Made by a program: the position numbers and the translations under genes. The notes under the pieces were generated by a model. It had not been told where the DNA came from. It saw only the letters and a list, made by a program, of their open reading frames with translations, and did not search any database. From Vulcanimicrobiota bacterium (GTDB lineage Bacteria > Vulcanimicrobiota > Xenobia > Xenobiales > JADMJV01): a stretch of 64,000 nucleotides of DNA. The stretch spans positions 151,513 through 215,512 of the forward strand of contig JBFWNU010000006.1 of the NCBI GenBank assembly GCA_050250895.1, written 5' to 3'. Shown here one piece after another: positions 1 to 9,430 of this stretch (its first letter is position 1; the number at the start of each line of letters is the position of its first letter).

Positions 1-2156
1 GCGCGACGATGGGCCAGATCGAGGGCCTCCGCCAGAGCCTCTTCTTTCTGATAGAGGGTCCGCTCGAGTTCGCGGCGAGAGCTGGTTTCGCCGCTGAGCT
101 GCTGACGAGCGATGCTGTTCTCTTGCTGCAACTTGGTCAGTTCGCGCTGGAGCTTCTCCAGGGCATCGCCTTTATCCGCCGCCGAGCTGTCGAGTTCTAG
201 CACGGTCTCGCGAAGCTCCTCGAGGTCGGCATCGCGGTGCTCGAGGGACTCGCGCAGGCGAAGCACCTCTTCGGCGCGTTCACGCAACTGGTCACGCAGG
301 GTCGAGTTCTCGGCCACCTGCGAGCTGGCCAGGGCGTCGAGATCGCGCAGGCGGCTTCGCATGGCAGCTGCTTCGGTCTCTAGCTCGATCAAAGCCAGAT
401 CTTTGACTCCGCCGGCCTCGACGTCGGTCTCGAGTCGAGAGATGTCGCGGCTCTTGTGGTCGAGTTCTTGCTCGAGTTCGCGCACCCGATTGGCCCGGTC
501 CGAGACCAGTTCTTCGAGTTCTTTGATGCGAGCCACGCGATTGGATAGCAGGCGCTCCAGACTGTGGCCTTTGCCTTCCCAGACCTCGACCATCTTGCGC
601 AGGGCTTTGAGACGTTCTTCGCGTTGCTCTTGAAGCTGCTCGAGCTCTTCCAGGCGGGCGTCGCGCTGGGCCACGCTCTGCTCGAGGGTGCCGATGGTCT
701 CTTGCTGTCCGCAGACCAGCGACGACAGCCTGTCGAGTTCGCTCTCGCGCTCCCACAGGGCTTCTTCCAGGTTGGTGATGCGGCGGGCCCGGTTCTTGGC
801 CACGCAATCGAGAGTGGCGATGGTCTCTTCCTGCTTGGAGGTGACCTCGGACAACTCTCCCAGCCGGCCGTCGCGGGTGGCGATCTCGGTCTGCAGGCGT
901 TCGGCTTCGCGCAACCTCGATTCCGCCAGGCGATTGAGCGCTTTGACCTTCTCGGCCCGGGTGTCGGCCACTTGTTGTAGCTCTTCCACCAGCTTCTCGC
1001 GATTCTCGAGCAGGCCTCGCAGGTGCTCCACCATCTTGGCCGGCTCATCGGTGAGCATGGTGCCGTGCTGGCTGATCAGGGTGCGCAGCCCAGCCGTCAC
1101 GGTCTGCTGGTCCTGCAGGTCCTGTTGAGCCTGGCGCAGGTCGTTCTCGAGCTGGCCGATGCGCTCTTCACGCTCGGCCAGAATCAGGTTCTCGGCGTGC
1201 TCGAGGCGGGCCGTTTCAACCAGTTCGCGGCGCAGTTTCTCGGCTTTGCGCTGGCTGATCAGCAGGCGGCTCTTGAGCTGGTCCATGCGCGTGCGGTAGC
1301 GCTGCATCTGATCGTTGGCCTCCAACACCCGGAAGCGCAACTCGTCGACGGTTTGCTCGCGCTCGAGCACGAAGTCGGCCAGGCTGGCCAGGCTGGCCTT
1401 CTTGGCCTCGGGGATCTCGAGCTCTTCCAGGCGGGGCACTTCACCCTGGAGGATGCGAGCCAGTTCTTGCTCCAAAAGTTGCTCGATCTGAGTCTGTTGA
1501 GCTCTCTCACGGGTGGCCGTTTCGAGCTGTTTCTCGAGGAGCTTGAGGCGGGATTCGAGGGCTTCGGGCGTACGCCCGATCACCAATCGTTCCAACTCGT
1601 CGATCCGGGCGTCTCGCTCGCTGAGGCGGGTCACCGCCTTCTCGTGGGAACTCTTGAGCGATTCAAGGTCACGCTCCAGGCGGCGGGCCACGGCCTTGTA
1701 CTGCCGCAGCTTCTTTTGCTCGCGGCGTAGCAGGGCGGTGGTCTTGTCACGATTGACGCTACCTTCGGACTGGTGGATCAGAACCTCCAGTTCCTCCACC
1801 CGCTCGGTCTTCGAGCGCAAGTCGTCGAGCAACTTCTGGCTGCGAGCCCGCGACTGGGCCAGCCATTCCTGAGTGGCGCGCAGTTTGGCCTCGAGCTTTT
1901 CGATGGTGCGTTCGCGTTTGCGCAACAAGGGCAGAGAGGCTTCGCGGCGCAAGGCTCGTTGTTCGAGCATTGACAAGCGATTCTCGAGCTCCTTGAGTTC
2001 CTGGTGCTTGGAACCGAGTTCGCGTTCGAGTGCACCGATGGTCTTCTTTCGATCCACCGCCGTCGTCAACAACTGACGGGCTTGGATTCTCGAGACCTCT
2101 AGCGCCTCTTTGAGCTCCTCAACAGACCCCCTGGTGGTCTTCTTTGGCAAGGCCAT
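1..2156 (-). CDS. Long coiled-coil protein (>718 aa), truncated at the left window edge
   Basis: ATG at 2156 with GAGGAG SD. Translates MALPKKTTRGSVEELKEALEVSRIQARQLL..., E/R/L/Q-rich with heptad character. The frame was spot-checked as open; it is absent from the ORF track, consistent with no stop inside the window. Confidence 0.85.
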   Translation of the reverse strand, partial: MALPKKTTRGSVEELKEALEVSRIQARQLLTTAVDRKKTIGALERELGSKHQELKELENRLSMLEQRALRREASLPLLRKRERTIEKLEAKLRATQEWLAQSRARSQKLLDDLRSKTERVEELEVLIHQSEGSVNRDKTTALLRREQKKLRQYKAVARRLERDLESLKSSHEKAVTRLSERDARIDELERLVIGRTPEALESRLKLLEKQLETATRERAQQTQIEQLLEQELARILQGEVPRLEELEIPEAKKASLASLADFVLEREQTVDELRFRVLEANDQMQRYRTRMDQLKSRLLISQRKAEKLRRELVETARLEHAENLILAEREERIGQLENDLRQAQQDLQDQQTVTAGLRTLISQHGTMLTDEPAKMVEHLRGLLENREKLVEELQQVADTRAEKVKALNRLAESRLREAERLQTEIATRDGRLGELSEVTSKQEETIATLDCVAKNRARRITNLEEALWERESELDRLSSLVCGQQETIGTLEQSVAQRDARLEELEQLQEQREERLKALRKMVEVWEGKGHSLERLLSNRVARIKELEELVSDRANRVRELEQELDHKSRDISRLETDVEAGGVKDLALIELETEAAAMRSRLRDLDALASSQVAENSTLRDQLRERAEEVLRLRESLEHRDADLEELRETVLELDSSAADKGDALEKLQRELTKLQQENSIARQQLSGETSSRRELERTLYQKEEALAEALDLAHRR

Positions 2157-2254
2157 CTCTCCTCAGAAAGTTCTGAGGATGACAAAGCTCGATCACGCCT
2201 CTGTGTGTTAGCAGGGAGCGCTCTCTAGGGCGCTTGTCCTGGGTAACTAGGAGA

Positions 2255-2283
2255 AGTATACCAGGATGTTACAGAATTGTAAA
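2255..2283 (-). promoter_or_regulatory. Sigma70-type promoter of the coiled-coil gene
   Basis: Minus strand TTTACA-N17-TATACT, about 100 nt upstream of the ATG. Confidence 0.7.
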
Positions 2284-2343
2284 CAGGGATCCGGATGTTC
2301 ACGGCTGGTCTCGGGATGGGTCCGTTGATTTCGGCCGGGCCCT

Positions 2344-5300
2344 TTAGCACAGAGAGTCGAGCAAACGCTTGTGAAAACTGCGTTCGTGAAGGTCGGTCAG
2401 TCGTTCCGACGACCGGTTCATGACACTGAACAGGGCCGAGCAGAGCATGTAGACATGTCCTATGGAGAGACTCTCCTGGTGGCGAAGTCGGGCCACGAAG
2501 GGGTGGTCGGCCGCTAGCACCGGGCGGACTCCGCCCGGAAAGGCATCGCAGAATGTGGAGGGGGGAGTCGGGCCAAAGCTTAGTTTTTCCAATTCGCGCA
2601 ACAGGCTCGGGTGGTCGGCGGCCAGCAGTTCGAACTGCTCTTGCACGGCCGCCAGTAGCGGCTCCGGCCTGTTTTTCTCGGGTTGTTCAACAGGCTGGGG
2701 GCGGTGGCCGGCGATGTGGGCGAGCCAGTCCAGCCAGGGGTCGTCGTGGGCCAGGCTCAAAAGGCTGGCCGAGGCGGCATGGGCTTGCCCCGGGGGCAAG
2801 TAGGCCAGGCTCCCTCGACGTTCCGCCATCCTTTTGAGGAAGGCCAGCCCGACCCGGCGCCCGCCCGCCAGGGGGAAGAGCTTCAGGCGGGCCAGGCTCG
2901 CCAGCACCGGGGGCTGGCGATACTCGGGAGTCCGCCAGACGCTTGGCCAGTCAAACAGCTGGCCGATGGTCTGGCGTAGTGGCTCGGGAGCCGGACTCAA
3001 GGCCAGGTCGGTGGCCAGCTGGCGCAGCAATTGGATGGCCATCCTTTCGACCAGGGCGCTGAGCAGCCGCGGATCGGCCAGGTTGTCCCAGGTCCGGTTG
3101 GGTTCAAAAGGTCCGTCCAGGACCGCGAAGAGACCATCCAGGGGGCTGTGGACTTCCACCAGCGCCACCAGATCGATGGTCAGCCTGAGACGGCCGCTGC
3201 CGGGCTGGCTGTGAAAACCGGCCCAGCCCGCGAATTCGCCCTCGACCGGTTGTTGAACCAGCCAGTTCCGGTCAGGATAGTGCTCCTCGAGCCGGGTTGA
3301 CGAGTAGGCGCGACGGCTCTGGTTGGTCAGGGCCTGACAGTCGGAACAAAAGTCTTTCTCCAGGCTCTCGAGCGGCTCGAGCCACAGGCGCAGGCCGGCC
3401 GGAAAGGTCTCGGATAGAAACAGCACCACCCCGTCGCGGCGGCGATAGCGAGCAGCGGCTCTGGCCTTGACCTCGTCACAATAGTCGTAGGTTCGCTCGG
3501 GAAGGTAGAGGGTTCGGCCGGCCCGCTCACGGGCCTCGAGGGCTCGCTGATAGCTGATGGCCGGCCCTCCCAGCGTCGACAACAGTTTCAGCCGGCGCAA
3601 ATGGTCGTGAAGATCGGTTAGAGCGGGCTCCCTGGTCCGGCCGGTTGCTTCGAGCACCCTCAGTAACACCGCCCGGGGCGGCTCGTCACTCGCGGCCAGC
3701 TCTTTGATCAGTCCGACCAGTCTGTCCTTCAAGTCAGCCAGGATGCGGGTTCGGGCTTCCAGGGTCAGTCCTCCGCGCCGGCTGGTGGGCACGAACTCCG
3801 GGCAATCGAGATAGGCTCGAAAGGGTAAGGGATGGTTCACCTCCAACTGCTCGACCGGGGCACCCCACCAGGCCAACTCTATCTGGCTGGGGGTGCGCTC
3901 CGGAAGTAGACAGAGCCAACCCTGGGACCAGCCGACCCGGGGTTGGTCGGCGGGCGGGTCGGGTCGGGGAGTGGCGGGTTGGCGACGCCAGAACTGTTCC
4001 GCCTGCTGCAGTCGCCGGGTCCAATCGTGGCTCGGCCGAACCAGGGCCCGAAAGGTGGCCACCTCGTCTTTTTCGAGGACCACCACGGGGGTCTCTGGCA
4101 GTCGACCCAAGAGTTCCGGCGTGATCTGGAAGGGGTTGACCACATAGGCCTGGGGAGCGGAGCCCGTGCCCAGCTCAGCCAGGCAACGACTTTGGCCCTG
4201 CAGATCGGCGAAGAGGGGCAACCCGGCCAACCAGGTTCGGATTGGCGTGACCTCGGCATGGCCGTGATGGTAACGCGCCAGGTCGAGCAGGCGTTGACGC
4301 CACTCGGGCTCCCCGGCGGCCCGTAGATGTTGCCCGGCCAGCCATTGTTCCAACAATCGGTTGAGTCCCCCGACCAGCTGCTGAAAGGCCTGGTCATGGA
4401 TGGCTCGGGACCAGTCGGGATTAGGCGTAAGGGCGTCGTAGCGAACCTCGGCCGTGCAGGGATAGGACAATCGATACGGTTGGGGTCTGAAGGTGACCTG
4501 ATGGCGCTCGAGATGGAGCAAACTGGGTCCTTCCACTCGGCGGTGCAGCACCACTCGCCCGCTGGCAGTCCCTCCCGGCAAGTTCAGCCTCAGGGGGAGC
4601 TCGACCAGCCCCGGAGTTTCGAGCCTGGGTTGGGGCGAGAGACAGCGGGCCCGCAGATAGGTGCGCTGGTCGAAGAGGTTATCGGCGCCAAAAAGGTCGA
4701 TCAGGTCAGTCAGTTGGCCCCGGTCGATGGCCAGGACCAGTTCGTCGGGCTGAGGCTCGAAAGCCAGCGTTTCGGTGAGATAGCCCAGCCAACCCTGTCG
4801 GCGCAGGTGATCGTCGAGTTGCTGATAGCTGACCAGACCCTGGTGGGTCGTGGGAAACAGGGGGATGGTGGTCAATTGGGTGTGCGACCGGTAGTGCGTG
4901 AGGTACAGCCAGAGGTGGCGCCAGGCTCGCGGGCGATGGGTGGCCTGGGCCAGGCTCGAGGCAAGGCCTATTACTTCCGCCTCGATCTCGGCCTTGAGTT
5001 GGTCGAAGACCGGGTCGAACAAGATTCCATCCCAATGGCGGTTGGGAGTGGCTTCGGCCCGCTCGAGCACCAGTCGCAGACCCGGAATGGCAACCTCCTG
5101 GGTCCATTGGTAGAGCAACCGGCCTCGGTGCAAGAGGATGACTTCGAAGCGGTGGCGCGAGTGCGGGTCCAGCCAGAACTCGCCGGCCAGGACGCGACAC
5201 CGGGCCCGGATGGCGTCCGGGGCTTCGGGCAGCTCGTAGGCCGGCCTGGCCAAGAACCTCTCCTCGCCCGCCAACCGCCGGCCCAGGTCGGGGTCGTGGC

Positions 5301-7413
5301 GGACCTGGCGAGAGCCTAGAAAATCCGTGAGAACGCGCGCCTCGCGCGGGTGGAGAATAACCACCAGGTGCGGTTCGGGTGGGTCACTGACGAACTCGTC
5401 GGGATAGGCGTAGCTCAACCAGCCGTGGCGCTCGGGTTCGCTCAGGACAGCGGCCAGGCTGACCGGATTGGGGCGGGCTTCGAACATGACGGCCTGGGCC
5501 AGGGCAGGGCAGCAGTCTCGTCGACCCCGGCGGTGGAGTTCGGCCAGATAGCTCAGGGCGGCCGGGGCGGGTTGCTCGAGGGCCAACACTAGAGTGACCA
5601 GCAGGTCGGGGTCAGGACTTTCCTCGAGGCTACCCAGCAGCAGGGCGCCAAAGCCGTCCGGCAGCCGTCCTGGTAGTGGTTCGGGGGGAACGCCCGGACC
5701 TCGGTAGCGATAGGCTCCGGCGGGCTCGATCGGTGGGCCGTAGCCGAGCACTCCGCTCTGCCACCAGGCGCACGCCTGGCAACCTTCGGCAAAAGCCTGT
5801 AGGGCCAGGTGACGGGTGTCGGCCAGGCCGGGGCGATGGCGCTCGCGATAGCGGTCATAGGCCGGCACTAGCTCAGGTCGCGGGCACTGCTCGAAAAGGT
5901 AGGGTAGGGCTTCATGGACAGCCTGGAAGAGACGGGCCAGAAGCTGGTCGGGTTCGACCCCGTCCCAACCACGGTTGGGCTGGAAGTCGGGGTGATCGGC
6001 GATGACCTCGACCCCGTCGGGTAGTTCCCCCTCGAATTCGGTCAGCCAGCGTCCTGACTTGAGCAGCGTGAAACCCTTGGAGCGTCCCTGAGCCCGCAGA
6101 CCGATTTCGCCGACGAAGGTCTCGAGGCGAAGCCGGGTGACGAGTTCCGACTCCAGCTGGGGAGAAAGCACGGGGCTGCTGGCCCAGCGGGTGCGGTTGC
6201 GGGCCGCCCGCTCGGCTTCGAGCAAGACCGCTTCGCCGTCGACGCGAAATGGGAAGAAGGCGGGCAAGAGCAACCGGGAAAGCTCGTCGGCCAGGACCAC
6301 CGGGTCGTCGTCAAGTGGGGGCACCGCGCTGGTCCGGTCGCAAACCAGCACCTGACCGTGAACCGACTCATAGTCGCCGAGCTCGGTCAAGCTCACCATC
6401 CGACCATCGCTGCGGCGCAGCAGCCTCAAGGCGAGCAACGGAGCCTCGACCGAAGGGCCGGGGCGTGTCCTGAGCCAGTTGGCTAGCCAGCTGGCCATTT
6501 CATCGCCAGGGCTGCGCTCGAATTGGCGGGCCATGGCCTCGGCCAGCGCGGGCAGAAGCTCTTCGACCGCGGCCAGCACGTCTTGATAGTGTCCGTCTTC
6601 AACCACCTCGCTGTGGGAAACGTTGGTAACCAGACGGCGATCCCAGGCCACGACCTCGAGGTCGGGCCAGGCGAGCACCTCTTTGGTGGGAAACTCGACC
6701 CCGGCCACGACGGGATGGAGTCGGGCTGGACCCGGACGGGCGCACATCCACACCGAGGCTGGCCCGCAGTGCTCGAGCACCTCGGCTCGCGGGAGGCTGG
6801 GCACCGGCTCCTGCCCGACGAAGAGCCATCCCTCCAGGGTCGGGACAGGCAGACTCCCGCTATCGAGCTGGATGGACAGCGGATGGAGCGAGCATCGCCG
6901 CTCGAGCAAGCTGCATTCGCGGTCGGCGCCGCGCCCCATGCGCCAGAACTTGCGCGCCACCAGCACGAGAGCATTGGGCTGGCCGGGCTCCAGGCTGTAG
7001 TTTCGTTGCCGTCCGTTGGGATAGAGCAGCAAGCGGCGCGACCCCGAAATGACTTCGACCCGGCGAGCCAGACCCAGGGCACTGTTGAGGCCGACGGCCA
7101 GGTGGCCGAGAGCGCCTCGCCGGCCAGCCAACTCACCCAGGCGAAGCTTTAGACAGACTCGGTCCAGGTCTTGATCGCTAAGGGGCGGGCCGCCGAGGTC
7201 CAGGCGATAGCCTTCGCTGGTGCTGGCCAGGCTCAACTTCGGGCAGCCCCAGAGCAGGGCGAAGGCGGCGACTTCCAGGACCCACCCGTGGGGGTCGGTG
7301 AGTTGGTAGCGGCGACTCTTGGCGCCGGCCAGGGCCGGGCTCAGGCTGAAACGACCGTGCGAGTCCAGCCGACCGACCCGAGATAGCTCCTCCAATAGCG
7401 CTTCCAATCGCAC
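2344..7413 (-). CDS. Giant Hsp90/HtpG-derived repeat protein (degenerate GHKL N-domain, about 6 middle-domain-like repeats, Hsp90-like C-terminus)
   Basis: 1689-aa ORF. Recurrent motifs TNVSH, PNRGWD, PNRHWD, PNPDWS, PTSRRG and PNRTWD, each followed later by an L-x-L/F...G-x-x-[VI]S-[LY] motif. C-terminal LAADHPFVARL. Confidence 0.6.
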   Translation of the reverse strand: MRLEALLEELSRVGRLDSHGRFSLSPALAGAKSRRYQLTDPHGWVLEVAAFALLWGCPKLSLASTSEGYRLDLGGPPLSDQDLDRVCLKLRLGELAGRRGALGHLAVGLNSALGLARRVEVISGSRRLLLYPNGRQRNYSLEPGQPNALVLVARKFWRMGRGADRECSLLERRCSLHPLSIQLDSGSLPVPTLEGWLFVGQEPVPSLPRAEVLEHCGPASVWMCARPGPARLHPVVAGVEFPTKEVLAWPDLEVVAWDRRLVTNVSHSEVVEDGHYQDVLAAVEELLPALAEAMARQFERSPGDEMASWLANWLRTRPGPSVEAPLLALRLLRRSDGRMVSLTELGDYESVHGQVLVCDRTSAVPPLDDDPVVLADELSRLLLPAFFPFRVDGEAVLLEAERAARNRTRWASSPVLSPQLESELVTRLRLETFVGEIGLRAQGRSKGFTLLKSGRWLTEFEGELPDGVEVIADHPDFQPNRGWDGVEPDQLLARLFQAVHEALPYLFEQCPRPELVPAYDRYRERHRPGLADTRHLALQAFAEGCQACAWWQSGVLGYGPPIEPAGAYRYRGPGVPPEPLPGRLPDGFGALLLGSLEESPDPDLLVTLVLALEQPAPAALSYLAELHRRGRRDCCPALAQAVMFEARPNPVSLAAVLSEPERHGWLSYAYPDEFVSDPPEPHLVVILHPREARVLTDFLGSRQVRHDPDLGRRLAGEERFLARPAYELPEAPDAIRARCRVLAGEFWLDPHSRHRFEVILLHRGRLLYQWTQEVAIPGLRLVLERAEATPNRHWDGILFDPVFDQLKAEIEAEVIGLASSLAQATHRPRAWRHLWLYLTHYRSHTQLTTIPLFPTTHQGLVSYQQLDDHLRRQGWLGYLTETLAFEPQPDELVLAIDRGQLTDLIDLFGADNLFDQRTYLRARCLSPQPRLETPGLVELPLRLNLPGGTASGRVVLHRRVEGPSLLHLERHQVTFRPQPYRLSYPCTAEVRYDALTPNPDWSRAIHDQAFQQLVGGLNRLLEQWLAGQHLRAAGEPEWRQRLLDLARYHHGHAEVTPIRTWLAGLPLFADLQGQSRCLAELGTGSAPQAYVVNPFQITPELLGRLPETPVVVLEKDEVATFRALVRPSHDWTRRLQQAEQFWRRQPATPRPDPPADQPRVGWSQGWLCLLPERTPSQIELAWWGAPVEQLEVNHPLPFRAYLDCPEFVPTSRRGGLTLEARTRILADLKDRLVGLIKELAASDEPPRAVLLRVLEATGRTREPALTDLHDHLRRLKLLSTLGGPAISYQRALEARERAGRTLYLPERTYDYCDEVKARAAARYRRRDGVVLFLSETFPAGLRLWLEPLESLEKDFCSDCQALTNQSRRAYSSTRLEEHYPDRNWLVQQPVEGEFAGWAGFHSQPGSGRLRLTIDLVALVEVHSPLDGLFAVLDGPFEPNRTWDNLADPRLLSALVERMAIQLLRQLATDLALSPAPEPLRQTIGQLFDWPSVWRTPEYRQPPVLASLARLKLFPLAGGRRVGLAFLKRMAERRGSLAYLPPGQAHAASASLLSLAHDDPWLDWLAHIAGHRPQPVEQPEKNRPEPLLAAVQEQFELLAADHPSLLRELEKLSFGPTPPSTFCDAFPGGVRPVLAADHPFVARLRHQESLSIGHVYMLCSALFSVMNRSSERLTDLHERSFHKRLLDSLC

Positions 7414-7528
7414 TTCTGGCTCTTCGGTAGCGGCCTCGCCGGCCCTCGCGTGGCTGAGGTTTTGGGGGGGAGTCGGTTCGGTATAAGGAAGGGAATTTCA
7501 GCCCAGCGATCGTTCAGGAGAGACGCAG

Positions 7529-8266
7529 TTGCACAAGGTAATCGACAAGTGGTATAGCCCCAGTTTACATAAGGATATGGAGATCGTCGCCTACGGTCAG
7601 GCCGGATTTCCGCTCTTGCTGTTTCCGACCGCGGCGGCCGATTATCTGGAGTATGAGCGCTTCCTTATGATCGACGTCCTGGCCGAGCCTATCGAGGCGG
7701 GCAAGGTCAAGATCTTCTCGATCAACAGCATCAACAGCGAAAGCTGGCTGAACAAGAGGGTTCACCCCAAGTATAAAGGTCTTCGCCAGCAGCAGTACAA
7801 CGGCTACATCGAGAACGAGGTGGCCCCTTACATCTGGAACTCCTGTGCGGGGCGCCAGGGAATCATCGGGGCCGGCGCCAGTCTGGGCGCCTTTCACGCT
7901 GCCAATCAGCTCTTCCGCCGGCCCGACATCTTCGACGGCGTCATCGCCATGAGCGGGGTCTATGATATTCGGCAGTACTACGACTCCAACGGATACCACG
8001 ACGAAAACATCTTCTTCAACAACGTGGCCGAGTATCTACCGGGCCTGGAAGACGATTATTTTTTGCCCCTTCTCCGCCGCAAACGGCATATCCACATTCT
8101 GACCGGACAGGGGGCCTATGAGAACCCTGACGCTTCTCGCTGGCTTTCAGCTTTGCTCAACGCCAAGCGGATTCCCCACGAACTCGACATCTGGGGCTAC
8201 GATATGCGCCATGATTGGCCCACCTGGCGGGCAATGATGCAGTATTATCTGGCCGCTAAGTTTTAG
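7529..8266 (+). CDS. Putative esterase (alpha/beta hydrolase)
   Basis: GASLG nucleophile elbow, HDWPTW catalytic His motif, AGGAG SD. Confidence 0.85.
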   Translation: MHKVIDKWYSPSLHKDMEIVAYGQAGFPLLLFPTAAADYLEYERFLMIDVLAEPIEAGKVKIFSINSINSESWLNKRVHPKYKGLRQQQYNGYIENEVAPYIWNSCAGRQGIIGAGASLGAFHAANQLFRRPDIFDGVIAMSGVYDIRQYYDSNGYHDENIFFNNVAEYLPGLEDDYFLPLLRRKRHIHILTGQGAYENPDASRWLSALLNAKRIPHELDIWGYDMRHDWPTWRAMMQYYLAAKF

Positions 8267-8634
8267 ACCGGTTCCATCTTCACAAAGCAGAAGTCGCAGC
8301 GAAGATGCTTGTCGCGCGCATCGCGGAGCCCGAGTTCCTTCGTCGCTCCGCAGGTGGGGCAGCGATACTCGCCGGGAGAAAGCGGAAACTCGGCCACCGG
8401 AGCGGCCACCGTTTTCTTGGTCGAGGCCCGGCTGCTCTTGCGCTTGGCTTTGGCCTTGGTTTTTGTGCCGGCCTCGGCCTTGGGCTCGGGGGGCTCGGTG
8501 AATTTCTTCTTGCCGAGCTTGACCATCTCGGTGCCACAGCACGTCATCGGCTCTTCGGCCTTCTTGCTACGGCCAATTACAGTAAATTTCTTGCACTTCG
8601 GGCACTCATATTCGCCCTTCTCTATCCGAATCAA
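8263..8634 (-). CDS. Small two-domain Cys-rich metal-binding protein (desulforedoxin-like plus Zn-ribbon) with a Lys/Ala-rich linker
   Basis: YECPKC...TCCGTEM and YRCPTC...RCDFC. Sits directly after trmH with an AAGGA SD. Confidence 0.7.
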   Translation of the reverse strand: MIRIEKGEYECPKCKKFTVIGRSKKAEEPMTCCGTEMVKLGKKKFTEPPEPKAEAGTKTKAKAKRKSSRASTKKTVAAPVAEFPLSPGEYRCPTCGATKELGLRDARDKHLRCDFCFVKMEPV

Positions 8635-8641
8635 ACGTCCC

Positions 8642-9415
8642 TTAACTCCGTTCTGTTCCCCCTGAGAACCCTTTGTCCCCCGGCGGGCATTTCCTGGCCG
8701 CCCACTCCTCTCGTTCTTGTTGGCGAGCGCGAGCGCGTATTTCGGCCACGGAGAGTCCAGCGACTAAATCGGGAATCTCTCCCTCTTCGTTTATGATGGG
8801 GTAGGGCAGTCCCTCTTTCTGGCAAAATACGGTCACCTCGGGGTAAGCCCATTCAAAGAGAATTCGCTCGAAAACCTCGGCGGGAAGACGACTCTGGTCA
8901 TACAATCCTGCCTCCGTCCGCTGTCTTTGGGCTTCATATAACACGACCGCGGCCGCGACCGAGACGTTGAGCGAGACGCCCAGCCCCATCATAGGGATGA
9001 CCAGCGATTGGTCGACCAGGCGGCGAGCTGTTGGCGTGAGGCCGAATTTTTCGGCCCCCATCACCAGGGCGGTCGGCCGGGTGTAGTCATAGGCTCGAAA
9101 GTCGATGGCGTTGGGGGTCAGATCGACCCCCACCACCCGAAAACCCCTCGTTTTGAGTTCCGTGATGGCCGATTCGGTCTGGCGGTGAGGCTGTAAGCCG
9201 ACCCATTGAGCCACTCCGCTGCTATGGGCCTTGGACAACTCCGGCTCGATATCTTCGCTAAAGACAGCGTGGACCTCGAAGAGGCCAACCGCTTCGGCCG
9301 TGCGAAACACGGCCGAGAGATTCCAGACCTTGTGGACGCCGTCGAGCATTACGGTCAGGTCGGGCTGCCGCTGCGACAGGGCTTTGCGCATTCTGGCAAA
9401 ACGTTCTTTGGTCAC
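8642..9415 (-). CDS. trmH: tRNA (guanosine(18)-2'-O)-methyltransferase, SPOUT family
   Basis: RQPDLTVMLDGVHKVWNLSAVFRT, MGAEKFG, IPMMG..SLNVSVAAAVVLYEAQRQR, C-terminal LFEWAYP. Confidence 0.92.
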   Translation of the reverse strand: MTKERFARMRKALSQRQPDLTVMLDGVHKVWNLSAVFRTAEAVGLFEVHAVFSEDIEPELSKAHSSGVAQWVGLQPHRQTESAITELKTRGFRVVGVDLTPNAIDFRAYDYTRPTALVMGAEKFGLTPTARRLVDQSLVIPMMGLGVSLNVSVAAAVVLYEAQRQRTEAGLYDQSRLPAEVFERILFEWAYPEVTVFCQKEGLPYPIINEEGEIPDLVAGLSVAEIRARARQQEREEWAARKCPPGDKGFSGGTERS

Positions 9416-9430
9416 GGAGGCAACTTCCCG

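Noticed and set aside
9-2076. Many short ORFs on both strands
   Set aside because: Shadows of the single long minus-strand coiled-coil ORF that starts at 2156.
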